DNA of 64,000 bases from Dehalococcoidia bacterium (GCA_965220505.1 CBDCQE010000003.1:890106-954105), one strand, 5' to 3'. Counted from the stretch's first letter, positions 34,248 to 44,132 are shown. Numbers and translations: made by a program. The notes: generated by a model not told the origin, from the sequence alone.

Positions 34248-35275
34248 GCACGAACGGAGATATGCCGCGGGTACGCGTCGCGGTGGATGCGATGGGTGGG
34301 GACTTTGGTCCGCCGGAAACCGTTCCCGGAGTTCTGGCCGCGCTGGACGCCCACCCCGATTTGACCGTCATTCTGGTGGGGGACCCCGATGAGGTGCAGG
34401 CGGAATTGTCGCGCCACGACGTGGCCGGCCGAGCCGTTTCGGTAGTGCCCTCGGAGGGAAAGGTCGAGGATGAAGAGCATCCCATAGCTGCCCTGCGACG
34501 GAAACCGAAATCGTCAATCGCCGTTTCGATGGGACTGGTTCAGCAGGGCGTAGCCGACATGGTGGTGTCCATGGGCTCGACCGGTGCCACCATGGCCACT
34601 GCGGTGATGGCGCTGGGCTTGCTGGAAGGATTGGAACGGCCCTGCATCGGCGGCAACTTCCTGGGGGTGGCGCCAAACACCACCGTGGTCGATCTGGGCA
34701 GCAACGTGGATTGCCGCCCGTCGTTGCTGCTGAGCTTTGCCGCGCTGGGGGTCGCATTTTCCCGCCGCCGCCTGGGCATCGAAAACCCTCGGGTGGCGCT
34801 GCTCAGCGTTGGTGAGGAGTCGGCAAAAGGCAATCGCCAGGTCCAGGAGAGCCATACCCTTTTTCGAGAGAGCCATCTCAATTTCGTGGGCAACGTCGAG
34901 GGAATGGACTTTTTCACCGGCAAGGCCGATGTCATCGTGTGCGATGGGTTCATCGGCAATATCCTGATCAAGTTCGCGGAAGGTCTGGGTTCCGCGCTGG
35001 TCCCGTATCTCCATCAACGGCTGTCGGCCGTTCTGCCGGACGAGCAGGTGCAGCAAATCGGAGAAGCGCTGTGGACCACCATGAACCTGCCGCGCACCAT
35101 GGGCGGACCGCTGTTCGGCGTGGACGGTCTCGTCATGATAGGTCACGGTTCGTCGACGGCCAACGGCGTCGCCGGCGCGATCAACACCGGCCTGCTGTGC
35201 CATCGGCTGGAGTTGGTGGAAGGTTTCCGGCAAGAACTGGCGGAATTGCATCGCGCCGTCGCGCGCGAGGCGTGA
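34244..35275 (+). CDS. plsX: phosphate acyltransferase PlsX
   Basis: VAVDAMGGDFGP motif. ATGA overlap with the upstream gene. Confidence 0.9.
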   Translation: MSTNGDMPRVRVAVDAMGGDFGPPETVPGVLAALDAHPDLTVILVGDPDEVQAELSRHDVAGRAVSVVPSEGKVEDEEHPIAALRRKPKSSIAVSMGLVQQGVADMVVSMGSTGATMATAVMALGLLEGLERPCIGGNFLGVAPNTTVVDLGSNVDCRPSLLLSFAALGVAFSRRRLGIENPRVALLSVGEESAKGNRQVQESHTLFRESHLNFVGNVEGMDFFTGKADVIVCDGFIGNILIKFAEGLGSALVPYLHQRLSAVLPDEQVQQIGEALWTTMNLPRTMGGPLFGVDGLVMIGHGSSTANGVAGAINTGLLCHRLELVEGFRQELAELHRAVAREA

Positions 35276-35293
35276 AGGATTGGGTGTTCAACC

Positions 35294-36058
35294 ATGTACA
35301 CGATTGATTTGAGCGGTCAGGTTGCCCTGGTTACCGGCTCGTCCCGGGGAATTGGGGCCGTGATCGCGGCCCGGCTTGCTGCCGCCGGAGCCTCGGTGGG
35401 CATCAACTACCGGAGCAATGCCGCCGCAGCCGATGCCGTGATCGACGAAATCCGCGCCGCTGGCGGCGAAGCGCTGCGCGTACCCGGCGATGTTTCCGAC
35501 GAAAACACTGCGGAAGCGGTGGTGAAAACCACCGCCGACCGGCTGGGCCGGCTGGACATCCTGGTCAACAACGCTGGCGTCAATCGCGACCGGCTCATGC
35601 TGCGCATGACCGCCGCGGACTGGGATGACGTGCTCACGGTGAACCTGCGCGGCACGTTCCTCGCCACCCGTTTCGCCATTCCGTTGATGCTTCGCCAGCG
35701 GTACGGACGCGTCGTCAACATCTCATCGGTGGTGGGGCTCACCGGGAACCCGGGGCAGTCCAACTATGCCGCGTCCAAGGCTGGGCAAATCGGATTTACG
35801 AAAGCCATGGCGCGGGAAGTGGCCAGCCGGAGCATCACGGTGAACGCGGTAGCGCCGGGTTTCATCGAGGTCGGCGATGACGGCGGAATGACCGCCGACA
35901 TGACTGACGACCAGCGCAGCCAGGTGCTCTCGCGCATCCCGGCCGGGCGCTTCGGAGCCGCCGAGGACGTTGCCTCGGCCGTTCTTTACCTGGTCAGCCC
36001 GGGCGCCGGCTACGTCAATGGCCAGACGCTGACCATAGACGGCGGCCTTACCGCTTGA
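35294..36058 (+). CDS. fabG: 3-oxoacyl-ACP reductase
   Basis: Motifs VTGSSRGIG, NNAG, YAASKAG and PGFI. Confidence 0.85.
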   Translation: MYTIDLSGQVALVTGSSRGIGAVIAARLAAAGASVGINYRSNAAAADAVIDEIRAAGGEALRVPGDVSDENTAEAVVKTTADRLGRLDILVNNAGVNRDRLMLRMTAADWDDVLTVNLRGTFLATRFAIPLMLRQRYGRVVNISSVVGLTGNPGQSNYAASKAGQIGFTKAMAREVASRSITVNAVAPGFIEVGDDGGMTADMTDDQRSQVLSRIPAGRFGAAEDVASAVLYLVSPGAGYVNGQTLTIDGGLTA

Positions 36059-36089
36059 TAATAGCGCCCATGGAAGGGAGTACTTCGCG

Positions 36090-37244
36090 ATGAAAGCCAC
36101 CACACGATTCCGCCAACTGCTCGCCAACCCTGGGATCATCACGGCGCCTGGCGCTTATGATTGCCTTACCGCCGCCATCATCGAACGGGCCGGTTTTCCC
36201 GCCGTGTACATGACCGGAGCCGGAACGTCGGTGGCCCGCATCGGCTACCCCGACCTGGCGCTGGCCACCGCCACCGAGATGCTGGCGAACGCGTCGGCAA
36301 TCGCTTCCACAGTGGATGTGCCCGTGATCGCCGACGCCGACACCGGTTACGGCGGAACCATGAACGTGCGCCGCACCATCCGCGAGTATGAACGCACGGG
36401 TGTGGCGGCGGTCCATATTGAGGACCAGCAGTTCCCGAAGCGCTGTGGCCACCTGGAAGACAAGCGGGTGGTGTCCATCGACGAGATGGTGCAGAAAATC
36501 CATGCCGCCGTGGACGCGCGCACCGATGATGATTTCACCATCATCGTTCGCACCGACGCACTGGCGGTGACCGGTTGGGATGACACGATGCGCCGCTGCG
36601 ATGCTTTCACGGGGGCTGGAGCTGATGCGCTGTTTGTCGAAGCCATCCGGTCCGCCGAAGAGGCTGCGGAGGTGGTCGCTCAAACCTCGGTTCCGCTGCT
36701 GTATAACTTCGTGGAAACGGGCAAGTCGCCGCTGCTGAACGTTGCGGAACTGGAAAAGCTGGGGTTCAAGATGGTCATCTTCCCCGGCAGCGCCTTCATG
36801 TCGGTGGCCCACACCGTGGCGCGGGTAATGGCCGAACTCAAAGCTACCGGCACCACCGAGCACCTGGTGGGTGAAATGACCCCGCTCACCGAGGCGTTCG
36901 AACTCATGGGCCTGTCTCAGATGCTGGAGCGGGACGCCGGGTACGCCGTTGCGAACGACGCCGATAGCGAAAAGGCGGCGAGTGAACGCCGCTTCCGGGA
37001 GAAAGAAAGCAAAGCGATGGCTATATATGAAACGCGCATCAAGCCGGGTCTTACGGAAGAACACCTGGGCAAACTGCTGATTATCAACACGGAAACCGGC
37101 GAGTACGAACTGTTCCACGACGAATATACAGGCCAGTTGCGTTGGATGGATTACAAATACGGTGACCCGGTGCACATGATACGGATTGGCCATCCAGTGG
37201 TTGATTACTGGGGCTGGAAGCCAGTGGAAGAACCGAAGCTGTGA
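36090..37244 (+). CDS. isocitrate lyase/PEP mutase family enzyme fused in frame to a C-terminal domain of about 75 aa of unknown function
   Basis: Motifs ADADTGYGG and EDQQFPKRCGH. After about 300 aa, a linker (SEKAASERRFREKESKA) leads into MAIYETRIKPGL... An internal ATG at 37017 is preceded by GGGAGAAAG. Confidence 0.75.
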   Translation: MKATTRFRQLLANPGIITAPGAYDCLTAAIIERAGFPAVYMTGAGTSVARIGYPDLALATATEMLANASAIASTVDVPVIADADTGYGGTMNVRRTIREYERTGVAAVHIEDQQFPKRCGHLEDKRVVSIDEMVQKIHAAVDARTDDDFTIIVRTDALAVTGWDDTMRRCDAFTGAGADALFVEAIRSAEEAAEVVAQTSVPLLYNFVETGKSPLLNVAELEKLGFKMVIFPGSAFMSVAHTVARVMAELKATGTTEHLVGEMTPLTEAFELMGLSQMLERDAGYAVANDADSEKAASERRFREKESKAMAIYETRIKPGLTEEHLGKLLIINTETGEYELFHDEYTGQLRWMDYKYGDPVHMIRIGHPVVDYWGWKPVEEPKL

Positions 37245-37627
37245 CGGCGATGCAAGGTTACGTCAACGCAGATCCCAAAGAGCCTCGCATTATCGTCCCC
37301 GTACTTGACGCTGACGGAACTCTCGTGCCCCTGGAAATGGCCATCGACACGGGTTTCACCGGATTTATGACCTTGCGCCCCAGGATCACCCTTGCTCTGG
37401 GACTGGAGCGAGGGGAGGACAGGAGGATGATGCTGGCGGACGGGCAGGTCATTTCCACGCCCACATGCTGGGCGACGACAATCTGGCACGGCAATCCAAC
37501 GCGGATCCCGGTGTTGGAAATTGACGCCCGGCCCGTCATCGGCATGTCACTCCTCTGGAACAGCGACGTAGCCATTGCAGCGCGAGAGAACGGCCGGGTG
37601 ACAATAACCGAAGCGGCCGCAACCTAG
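37241..37627 (+). CDS. retropepsin-like (clan AA) aspartic protease
   Basis: AIDTGFTGFM (D-T-G) motif. 128 aa. GTGA start/stop overlap with the upstream gene. Confidence 0.7.
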   Translation: MTAMQGYVNADPKEPRIIVPVLDADGTLVPLEMAIDTGFTGFMTLRPRITLALGLERGEDRRMMLADGQVISTPTCWATTIWHGNPTRIPVLEIDARPVIGMSLLWNSDVAIAARENGRVTITEAAAT

Positions 37628-37640
37628 CCACCGTCTGCTG

Positions 37641-40091
37641 ATGACGGCCGACGGCGCAAGCAGACCATCTTTTCGGGGTGGGGAAGATTTCCCTCGCCGC
37701 CTGCCGGTCGAGGTGGCGCAATGGCAAGCCGACGGCCTGATTTCCGAGGAGCAAGCCGGCGCCATCCTGGACCGTTATGGCCTCTCTACGGAAGACGAGC
37801 TTCCCGGCGAACCTGCCGACACGGATTCCATTGGCTCCGCCGATTCCACTGGAGACTTGGTGGAACAGGGCTCCATCGTCAGCAGAGCCGTTTCCATCAT
37901 CGGGGTGATGGGTGCTCTCCTGGTTGGGCTGGGCATCATCATTTACGTCGCCGCCAATTGGGACGTGATCCCGGTTTGGGCTCGGGTCGCCATGCTGGTG
38001 GGGTTGACGGCCGCTATCAATGCCGCGGGCTGGGCGCTGCTGGCCAAGTTCGAATACCCGCGCATCGGCGTGGCCATGCTCGTGGTCGGAGGGCTGGCTT
38101 ATGGGGCGGCGATCCATCTGATCGCCCAGATTTACCACGTTCCCGTAAATCATCCCAATCTGACCACCGCGTGGTTCCTGGGAGCGCTGCCGATGGGGTA
38201 TATCGCGCGTTCCCGCCTGGTGGTGGGATTGTCTCTGGTGCTCCTCGTCCTGAGCATGGGGTTCCGGACCCAATGGTGGCTGGAATACTACGGCGCGGAT
38301 ACGCTCCTGTATCTGGCGCCGCTGACCATTGCGCTTTCGGCTGCGGTGGTTGCCCTGGGACTGCTCCAATTGCGGTTCACCTGGACGCGGCCTCTGGCGG
38401 CGTATTGCTACTACCCGGGCCTGGCAATTGGCCTGGCGGCCTTTGCCGCGATGACGGTCGCCAGCATCTGGGTCGATGTTGGAAATCTGACCTGGGCGGT
38501 GTTGTCCGCCGAGTATTGGGTCACGGCCGGCGTGGGTATCGCGACGGCTGCGGCTGCCACAGGCATTCTCTGGTGGAACTCCCGCGCCCAGCCGGATACT
38601 CGTCCCGTTGCCGACACTGCGTTGGCGGCCACGATGGTTGTCACTGCGGCGTGCATCTGGGGCTGGTTTGCCTATCCCGCGGCTGTCATGTGGTGGCTGT
38701 TCAACCTCGTTGCGTTCGGCGGCGTTGCGCTGTTGGCTTTCCTCAAACGTTCGCCAATTCTGCTCGGGGGCGGTGCCATATTGTTTGTACTGCTGGTGGC
38801 AATGCGGTTCGTCAGCCTGGTGGACCTGGATGGTGAGGCCGCGTCGGTATTGCTTTCCGCCGCCGCGCTGACGGTGGCGGCATGCGTCTATTCCGGGAGC
38901 CTCGTCATGCGGGTTGTGCCGCTGGTGGCGCCATACGTTCGGATTGTGGCGGCGGTGGGGCTGGCTCTGGCCGCGTCGAGCCTCCACGTCATGGGGTACG
39001 GGGCCTTCTGGCGCTGGGAAACCACACTGGTCTGGTACTCGATTCCGGCAGAATACTGGGCCGTCGTGGCAGCGGGGTGGCTACTTGCAGTAGCGGGGGT
39101 TGGCCTCAGCTTATGGAGACGTGGGCGCTCCGGCTACGGCGGTGCGGTTTGGGAAGCCGGCGCGGTGGCGGCCATGGCGGCGCTGACGCTGGCGATGTGG
39201 CTGGGGCTGATGTATGGGGTGTCGATGTGGGAGGTATTCAACCTCGCTTTGCTGGCAGGCATCGCGGCGTTGATCTGGTACGCCTACCGGCGCCGGCAGC
39301 GGTCCGTGGCGGACTTCGCTTGTTTGGTTTTCGCTTGTTCCCTGGTAATACGGTGCATCGCGGCGATAGACGTCATGACGGAGAACGGCCTGCTTTTGTG
39401 GCTGGGGCCGGTGGGTTTGGGCATTGGAGCGCTGGTCTTCCTCACCGGCCGGCTCCAGGTGCGTTGGTCGGGAACCGCCACACCCGAGCTTCGGACCAAC
39501 TCCCGGGTTTGGGATCTGGCCGGCCTTTCTGTCGCCATCGCCAGCGTCTACGCCATGAGTTACAGCGATCCCTGGAACCCGGCGCACGCTGCGACGGAGG
39601 GCTCTGCGCTGGCCTTTCTGGAAGAGTATTGGTTCCTGGCTGCCACGGCTTGGGGCGCCGCGATCGTTGTTGGAATCGTGATTTGGGTGGTGGACGGAAG
39701 ACAGTCCGCTCCAGCGCCGGCGTCACCGGGGCAGCTGCGATGGGAGACGGCGGCCGCGGCCGCAATGGGTGTCCTTACCCTCGTGGCTTGGTTGGGTCTG
39801 CTCCTGAGTTGGACGTGGACCTGGCTCCCGCTGAACGCCGCCCTGCTGGGCGCGGTGCTGGCGCTGGTGGCGGCCGGGTACCGCTGGAACCGTGGCGACC
39901 TGATCAACCTGGCGGTGGTAGCGTTCGGGATTACGCTGTTCACCCGCTATTTCGAGTTTGGCTTCGGGTTGCTGGGTCAGTCCCTGGCGTTCATCGTCGC
40001 CGGGGCGATCATGCTGGGCATGGGCTTCGGGCTGGAATTCCTGCGGCGGCGGATGCTGCGCAGCGTGCGCGTTGTTGCGGAGCCGGCATGA
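37641..40091 (+). CDS. large polytopic membrane protein (DUF2157-like N-terminus)
   Basis: GLISEEQAGAILDRYGL cytoplasmic motif followed by more than 20 hydrophobic helices. 816 aa. Confidence 0.7.
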   Translation: MTADGASRPSFRGGEDFPRRLPVEVAQWQADGLISEEQAGAILDRYGLSTEDELPGEPADTDSIGSADSTGDLVEQGSIVSRAVSIIGVMGALLVGLGIIIYVAANWDVIPVWARVAMLVGLTAAINAAGWALLAKFEYPRIGVAMLVVGGLAYGAAIHLIAQIYHVPVNHPNLTTAWFLGALPMGYIARSRLVVGLSLVLLVLSMGFRTQWWLEYYGADTLLYLAPLTIALSAAVVALGLLQLRFTWTRPLAAYCYYPGLAIGLAAFAAMTVASIWVDVGNLTWAVLSAEYWVTAGVGIATAAAATGILWWNSRAQPDTRPVADTALAATMVVTAACIWGWFAYPAAVMWWLFNLVAFGGVALLAFLKRSPILLGGGAILFVLLVAMRFVSLVDLDGEAASVLLSAAALTVAACVYSGSLVMRVVPLVAPYVRIVAAVGLALAASSLHVMGYGAFWRWETTLVWYSIPAEYWAVVAAGWLLAVAGVGLSLWRRGRSGYGGAVWEAGAVAAMAALTLAMWLGLMYGVSMWEVFNLALLAGIAALIWYAYRRRQRSVADFACLVFACSLVIRCIAAIDVMTENGLLLWLGPVGLGIGALVFLTGRLQVRWSGTATPELRTNSRVWDLAGLSVAIASVYAMSYSDPWNPAHAATEGSALAFLEEYWFLAATAWGAAIVVGIVIWVVDGRQSAPAPASPGQLRWETAAAAAMGVLTLVAWLGLLLSWTWTWLPLNAALLGAVLALVAAGYRWNRGDLINLAVVAFGITLFTRYFEFGFGLLGQSLAFIVAGAIMLGMGFGLEFLRRRMLRSVRVVAEPA

Positions 40092-40594
40092 CACCAACGG
40101 CTAGCATCCTGTTCTTCGTGGTGGTGGTGGCGCAGGTAGTTGGGCTGGTCGCGTTCGCCGGCGTGCGGGAGGTTGCCGTGACCGCGGGACGGGAGATAAC
40201 CCTGCAGACCGCACCCGTCGACCCGCGCTCCCTGTTCCAGGGCGACTACGCGATTCTGGACTATGAAATAGCCGTCCTGCCGGAGGGCCTACGGGATTTT
40301 CCAGCCGGCAGCGAGATATTCGTAGTGCTACACGAATGCGGCGATGTGTGGTGCGCAGCAGCCTGGCACGAGCCGGTTCGACCGTCGTCGTCCGACGTCT
40401 TTATTCGAGGTGTGGTCAACCGACGCGGCCGGCTGGATTTCGGGATCGGCACCTACTTCGTGCCAGAGGGGACGGGCCACATCATCGAGCGCGCCGAGGA
40501 CGTCAAGGTGGTCGTCTCCCTGGACGAACAAGGGCAGGCAGTCATTAAGGATGTTCTGGTGGATGGGGCGCCTTTTGCTCCCGACGGAAACTAA
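40088..40594 (+). CDS. GDYXXLXY-domain protein
   Basis: 168 aa. N-terminal TM and FQGDYAILDY motif. ATGA overlap with the upstream membrane protein. It is the only credible part of track ORF 38882-40594. Confidence 0.75.
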   Translation: MTPTASILFFVVVVAQVVGLVAFAGVREVAVTAGREITLQTAPVDPRSLFQGDYAILDYEIAVLPEGLRDFPAGSEIFVVLHECGDVWCAAAWHEPVRPSSSDVFIRGVVNRRGRLDFGIGTYFVPEGTGHIIERAEDVKVVVSLDEQGQAVIKDVLVDGAPFAPDGN

Positions 40595-40626
40595 CCACCG
40601 GAGAGCAGCCGGGGACTCTGACGCCC

Positions 40627-42063
40627 CTACTGTCGGTTGCCCCAGTCAACGTAGCGCGTGCTTGCCATAGCGCTAATTTGCAGTTCTTGACAGAACCCGG
40701 GTCGCTCGGCTCGATGAACCTGCCGGTCCGGCTTTGGGCCCGGCGGGCCGTTCTCCAGGGCTTCCGACAATATTCGGCCGTCCATGTCTGACGCTTCCGC
40801 GTCCAATCCCAGCAGATGCAGTATGGTGGGAGCGAAATCGATGTTGCCGGTTGGCGTCTCGATGGTGGTTTCACGCCGGAACGATGGCCCGCTGGCCAGG
40901 CCGGTGTTGCGCAGTTCGTGTTGGCTGAGGCTGCCGTGCTGACCCTGACCGATTGCGCCTCCGGTGGCGGGAGCGTAACCGGGGTAACCTGCCGGATTGT
41001 CGAGACTTTGCCAAGGGAACGACATGAGCAGGTCCGGCGAGCGCGGCCCCTCGCATCCCAGCAGGTCCAGGGGCAGCGTGCCGGCCGGTTTCCCGACACG
41101 CTCCGACGCGAAAAACGGGCCACACCAGGGTTGGGAAGCCAGCCACGTGGTCAGCGCCTCGGCCGTCCGGGGATCGCCTCCGTTGACGTACAGCAGCGCA
41201 GACCCGCCGTTGGCAGCCACCGCGACGCCACCCGGAAGATCGATCGTCGGAAACTCGGCTTCACGCAGCAATTGCTCCACCCGGACCACCTCGCTGATCG
41301 TCGAATAGCCGTGGTCCGATGTAACGAATATGTCGGTTGTGTCGGCGCGCCCGTTCACCCGCAGCCAGTCCAGCAACTCGCCGAACTCTGCATCCGCTTC
41401 AGCGAGGGCTTGCGGAGTCCTGCCCAGTCCGACGCCGTCCTCGTGCTGCGTCTTGTCCGGTTCCGACGACCACAGCAGGGCCACCGTCGGGTCGCGTTCG
41501 GGCAGGACGAACTCGGTCAGGATACGTCGCGCGTGCACCAAACGCGCCGTGTTGGGCAGGTCCTGCGCCGGCCATTCGCCGAACCTTTCCGCCAGTTCAG
41601 CGTACAGCGGGCGCGGTAACGCGAAATCGGGATGAATGGTCGCGCCGCCGGAGGTCGCCGCATTGGGATTGTGCATGTAGGCGTTGCCGCTGGTCCCGGT
41701 GCCGATGGCGAAGTATTCCATGCTGTGCCGTCCCAACAGATCGGCCAATGTCGGGACCAACAGCGCATGTCCGGTGGTGTCCACAACCTCCTGCAGCGTG
41801 GGTTCCATGGCGGGGATCACACGGTGCGGATCGAAGTCGCGGCAGAGGAAGGTGTTACCGGCGAGGCCGTGTCGGCCGGGCAGGCAACCAGTGACGAGAC
41901 TCGACGCGTTGACCCGGGTCACCGTTGGGAACACCGGATGATGGTTTGCGAAAGTCACGCCGCCGTTGGCGAACTTTGACAGGTTTGGCATCAGTTCCGG
42001 CGTAATCTGCGCCGGCTGGAGGCCGTCGAACACCATAATCAATACCCTGCGTTGGACTGCCAT
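40627..42063 (-). CDS. alkaline-phosphatase-superfamily nucleotide pyrophosphatase/phosphodiesterase (NPP) family protein
   Basis: Start at ATG 42063 (GAGGAGG RBS). Motifs VFDGLQP, FPTVTRVNASSLVTG and TSDHG. Confidence 0.8.
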   Translation of the reverse strand: MAVQRRVLIMVFDGLQPAQITPELMPNLSKFANGGVTFANHHPVFPTVTRVNASSLVTGCLPGRHGLAGNTFLCRDFDPHRVIPAMEPTLQEVVDTTGHALLVPTLADLLGRHSMEYFAIGTGTSGNAYMHNPNAATSGGATIHPDFALPRPLYAELAERFGEWPAQDLPNTARLVHARRILTEFVLPERDPTVALLWSSEPDKTQHEDGVGLGRTPQALAEADAEFGELLDWLRVNGRADTTDIFVTSDHGYSTISEVVRVEQLLREAEFPTIDLPGGVAVAANGGSALLYVNGGDPRTAEALTTWLASQPWCGPFFASERVGKPAGTLPLDLLGCEGPRSPDLLMSFPWQSLDNPAGYPGYAPATGGAIGQGQHGSLSQHELRNTGLASGPSFRRETTIETPTGNIDFAPTILHLLGLDAEASDMDGRILSEALENGPPGPKPDRQVHRAERPGFCQELQISAMASTRYVDWGNRQ

Positions 42064-42080
42064 TGTGCCTCCTCTCGTGC

Positions 42081-43040
42081 TCAATTTACCGCCGGCTGGG
42101 ACCACCCCAGCAATTCGCGGATCACTCGCAGTGATGTCTCAACGTCGACGCCCCCAGGTTCGGCCACCCGGACAGGCCCGCCGTTTTCGTCCAGCACCCG
42201 GCAGCGGCCCCACAGGGCGCGGTCGTCGGTGGTTGTCGAGTCATCTACCGTCATCGTCACCGAGCGAAGCTTGATGGCGTGCGGGGCTATTGCCGCGACC
42301 AGCGTCAGCGGGTCGTACATATTGAACCGCTCGCGCGTGGCTCCTTGCCGGAACCAGCTCGCGAGCAACCGTTCGGCCAGGATGCCGGCCGCGGAGGACG
42401 GGCGCGCGCCGGCCACATCATCGGAAGTCAGGAAAACCTGTCGGCACGGCGCCATGTCGATCAGAGTTAGCGGAAACCCCGATTCCATCACCAGACGCGC
42501 GGCCGTCGGATCACTGTAAAAGTTGAACTCCGCGTGCGGTGTGATGTTTCCCGGAGTGTCCACCGCGCCGCCCATGACCAGCAGGCGCTTGGCCAGCGGT
42601 AAAACCGTTGGATGATCCCGGTGCAGCCGGGCAAGGTTGGTAAGGGGTCCCAGGGCAATCACAGTGACGGCGCCCGGATTCGCCCGAAGGGTTTGGGCCA
42701 GGGACTGCACCGCGCCAGTATCGGATGTGCGCGACGTCGGTGGAGGCAGGGGGTGGGTAAGGCCCTCTGCGGAGTGGACATCACGTGCATAGGCGAAGCG
42801 GCCGCGAACCGGCCGAGTGGCTCCTTTGGCTACAGGGATGTCAGTGCGCCCCAGGCTTTCCAAAATAGCCAGTGCGTTTCGGGTTGCCGGCCCGATCGGG
42901 ACGTTACCCGCCGTTGTGGTCAGGCCAATAACGTCGATCTCAGGCGATGACAGCGCCATCAGTAACGCTATGGCATCGTCGACACCGGGATCGGTGTCGA
43001 TCACCATCGGTTCTGGAACCACGGGGTGCGGAGCCGTCAT
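42081..43040 (-). CDS. inosine/uridine-preferring nucleoside hydrolase family protein
   Basis: VIDTDPGVDDAIALLMAL motif. Confidence 0.85.
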   Translation of the reverse strand: MTAPHPVVPEPMVIDTDPGVDDAIALLMALSSPEIDVIGLTTTAGNVPIGPATRNALAILESLGRTDIPVAKGATRPVRGRFAYARDVHSAEGLTHPLPPPTSRTSDTGAVQSLAQTLRANPGAVTVIALGPLTNLARLHRDHPTVLPLAKRLLVMGGAVDTPGNITPHAEFNFYSDPTAARLVMESGFPLTLIDMAPCRQVFLTSDDVAGARPSSAAGILAERLLASWFRQGATRERFNMYDPLTLVAAIAPHAIKLRSVTMTVDDSTTTDDRALWGRCRVLDENGGPVRVAEPGGVDVETSLRVIRELLGWSQPAVN

Positions 43041-43044
43041 GCCG

Positions 43045-44079
43045 TCAGCCTGGTTCCAGGATGACCGAATGGCAGTACGCGCGTATGGCGCGCGCCGACG
43101 AGTACTTGAACCGGAAACCGGCGGACTGTTTGAATTTGGCTGAGCTCATTATCAGCGGATGTTTCGACAACTGCCTACCCATCGAGTTGAACGCCCGGCC
43201 GGCTCCGGCGTGCCTGGGCAAACCGGGCACGCGGCACCATTCCAGGATGTCCAACGAATCTACCACCCCGTCGCCAGCCACATTGAACACCCCGTCCAAG
43301 CGCTGCGTTATCACGCGTTCTATCGCTCGCGCGAGGTCATGTTGATGGAGGAACTGGAGCGGAAAGCTGCGCTTCCGGTTGGCGGTAACAGCCGGCAGCA
43401 ACAGCTCATCCGCCGCGGGACTCGCGTGATTGGTGCTGACTGACATAGCCGCGCGCAGCACGGCGACCTTCATTTCAGCATCGCCGTTGGCTGCTGTCGA
43501 TGGATCGTCGTCGGCCGCCGCCGGCAGGCTAGGCTCGGCGTCGGCGAGGTAGCGGTGTTGGCGGCTGGGATTTGTGGCGGTCCTCTCCGTAACGGGGACG
43601 GGGTTGTCGGCATTTGCGCCATAGACACGAACGTCCGACAGGTAGACGAATTGACGCACTCCCGCGATGCGGGCCGCGCGGAGCCAAAGTTGCGCGTCGG
43701 CACAGAACTGTTCGGGGTTGGGTCCATCGTAATAGCTTCCCACGTGGATCAGCGAATCGACCCCTTCCAGTTGCAACACGTCCGGAATGTCGGCGATCGT
43801 CAGTTCGTGCCCCTCCAGGAACATGTCCCAGGCCTTCTGCTGCATGAAGTCCGGAATGTCGGACATGGTGAGGATGCCGCCCACCCGATTTTGGGCCAGG
43901 CGGTAGGTGGAAATGCGTTCCACCGGCCAGCGCAAGGGGCGTTCTGCGATTGCCACCAGCCAACAGTCGGGTCGTTCCCGCTCCAAGTAGAGTAGCATCT
44001 GCGCCCCGAAGCTGGATGCAGCGCCCACCACGCCGATGACGTGGGAAAACTCGCGCGAGGTTCCAGGGGAGGTGCTCAT
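43045..44079 (-). CDS. NAD-dependent epimerase/dehydratase-like protein, degenerate motifs
   Basis: Rossmann-like GVVGAASSFG and SDVRVYG. The YxxxK position reads YLADA (Lys absent). It carries an acidic/Ala-rich insertion (PAAADDDPSTAANGDAE). Confidence 0.65.
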   Translation of the reverse strand: MSTSPGTSREFSHVIGVVGAASSFGAQMLLYLERERPDCWLVAIAERPLRWPVERISTYRLAQNRVGGILTMSDIPDFMQQKAWDMFLEGHELTIADIPDVLQLEGVDSLIHVGSYYDGPNPEQFCADAQLWLRAARIAGVRQFVYLSDVRVYGANADNPVPVTERTATNPSRQHRYLADAEPSLPAAADDDPSTAANGDAEMKVAVLRAAMSVSTNHASPAADELLLPAVTANRKRSFPLQFLHQHDLARAIERVITQRLDGVFNVAGDGVVDSLDILEWCRVPGLPRHAGAGRAFNSMGRQLSKHPLIMSSAKFKQSAGFRFKYSSARAIRAYCHSVILEPG

Positions 44080-44132
44080 TATTCAGCGCGTCCTGATCCC
44101 GTTTAGTCGACGGTCTCGTCCATCAGACCCAG

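Noticed and set aside
38882-40087. N-terminal 400 aa of the 570-aa track ORF 38882-40594
   Set aside because: It lies out of frame inside the 816-aa membrane protein gene and has an Arg/Gly-rich composition typical of GC-rich shadow frames. Only the segment after ATG 40088 (GDYXXLXY protein, ATGA-coupled) is credible.
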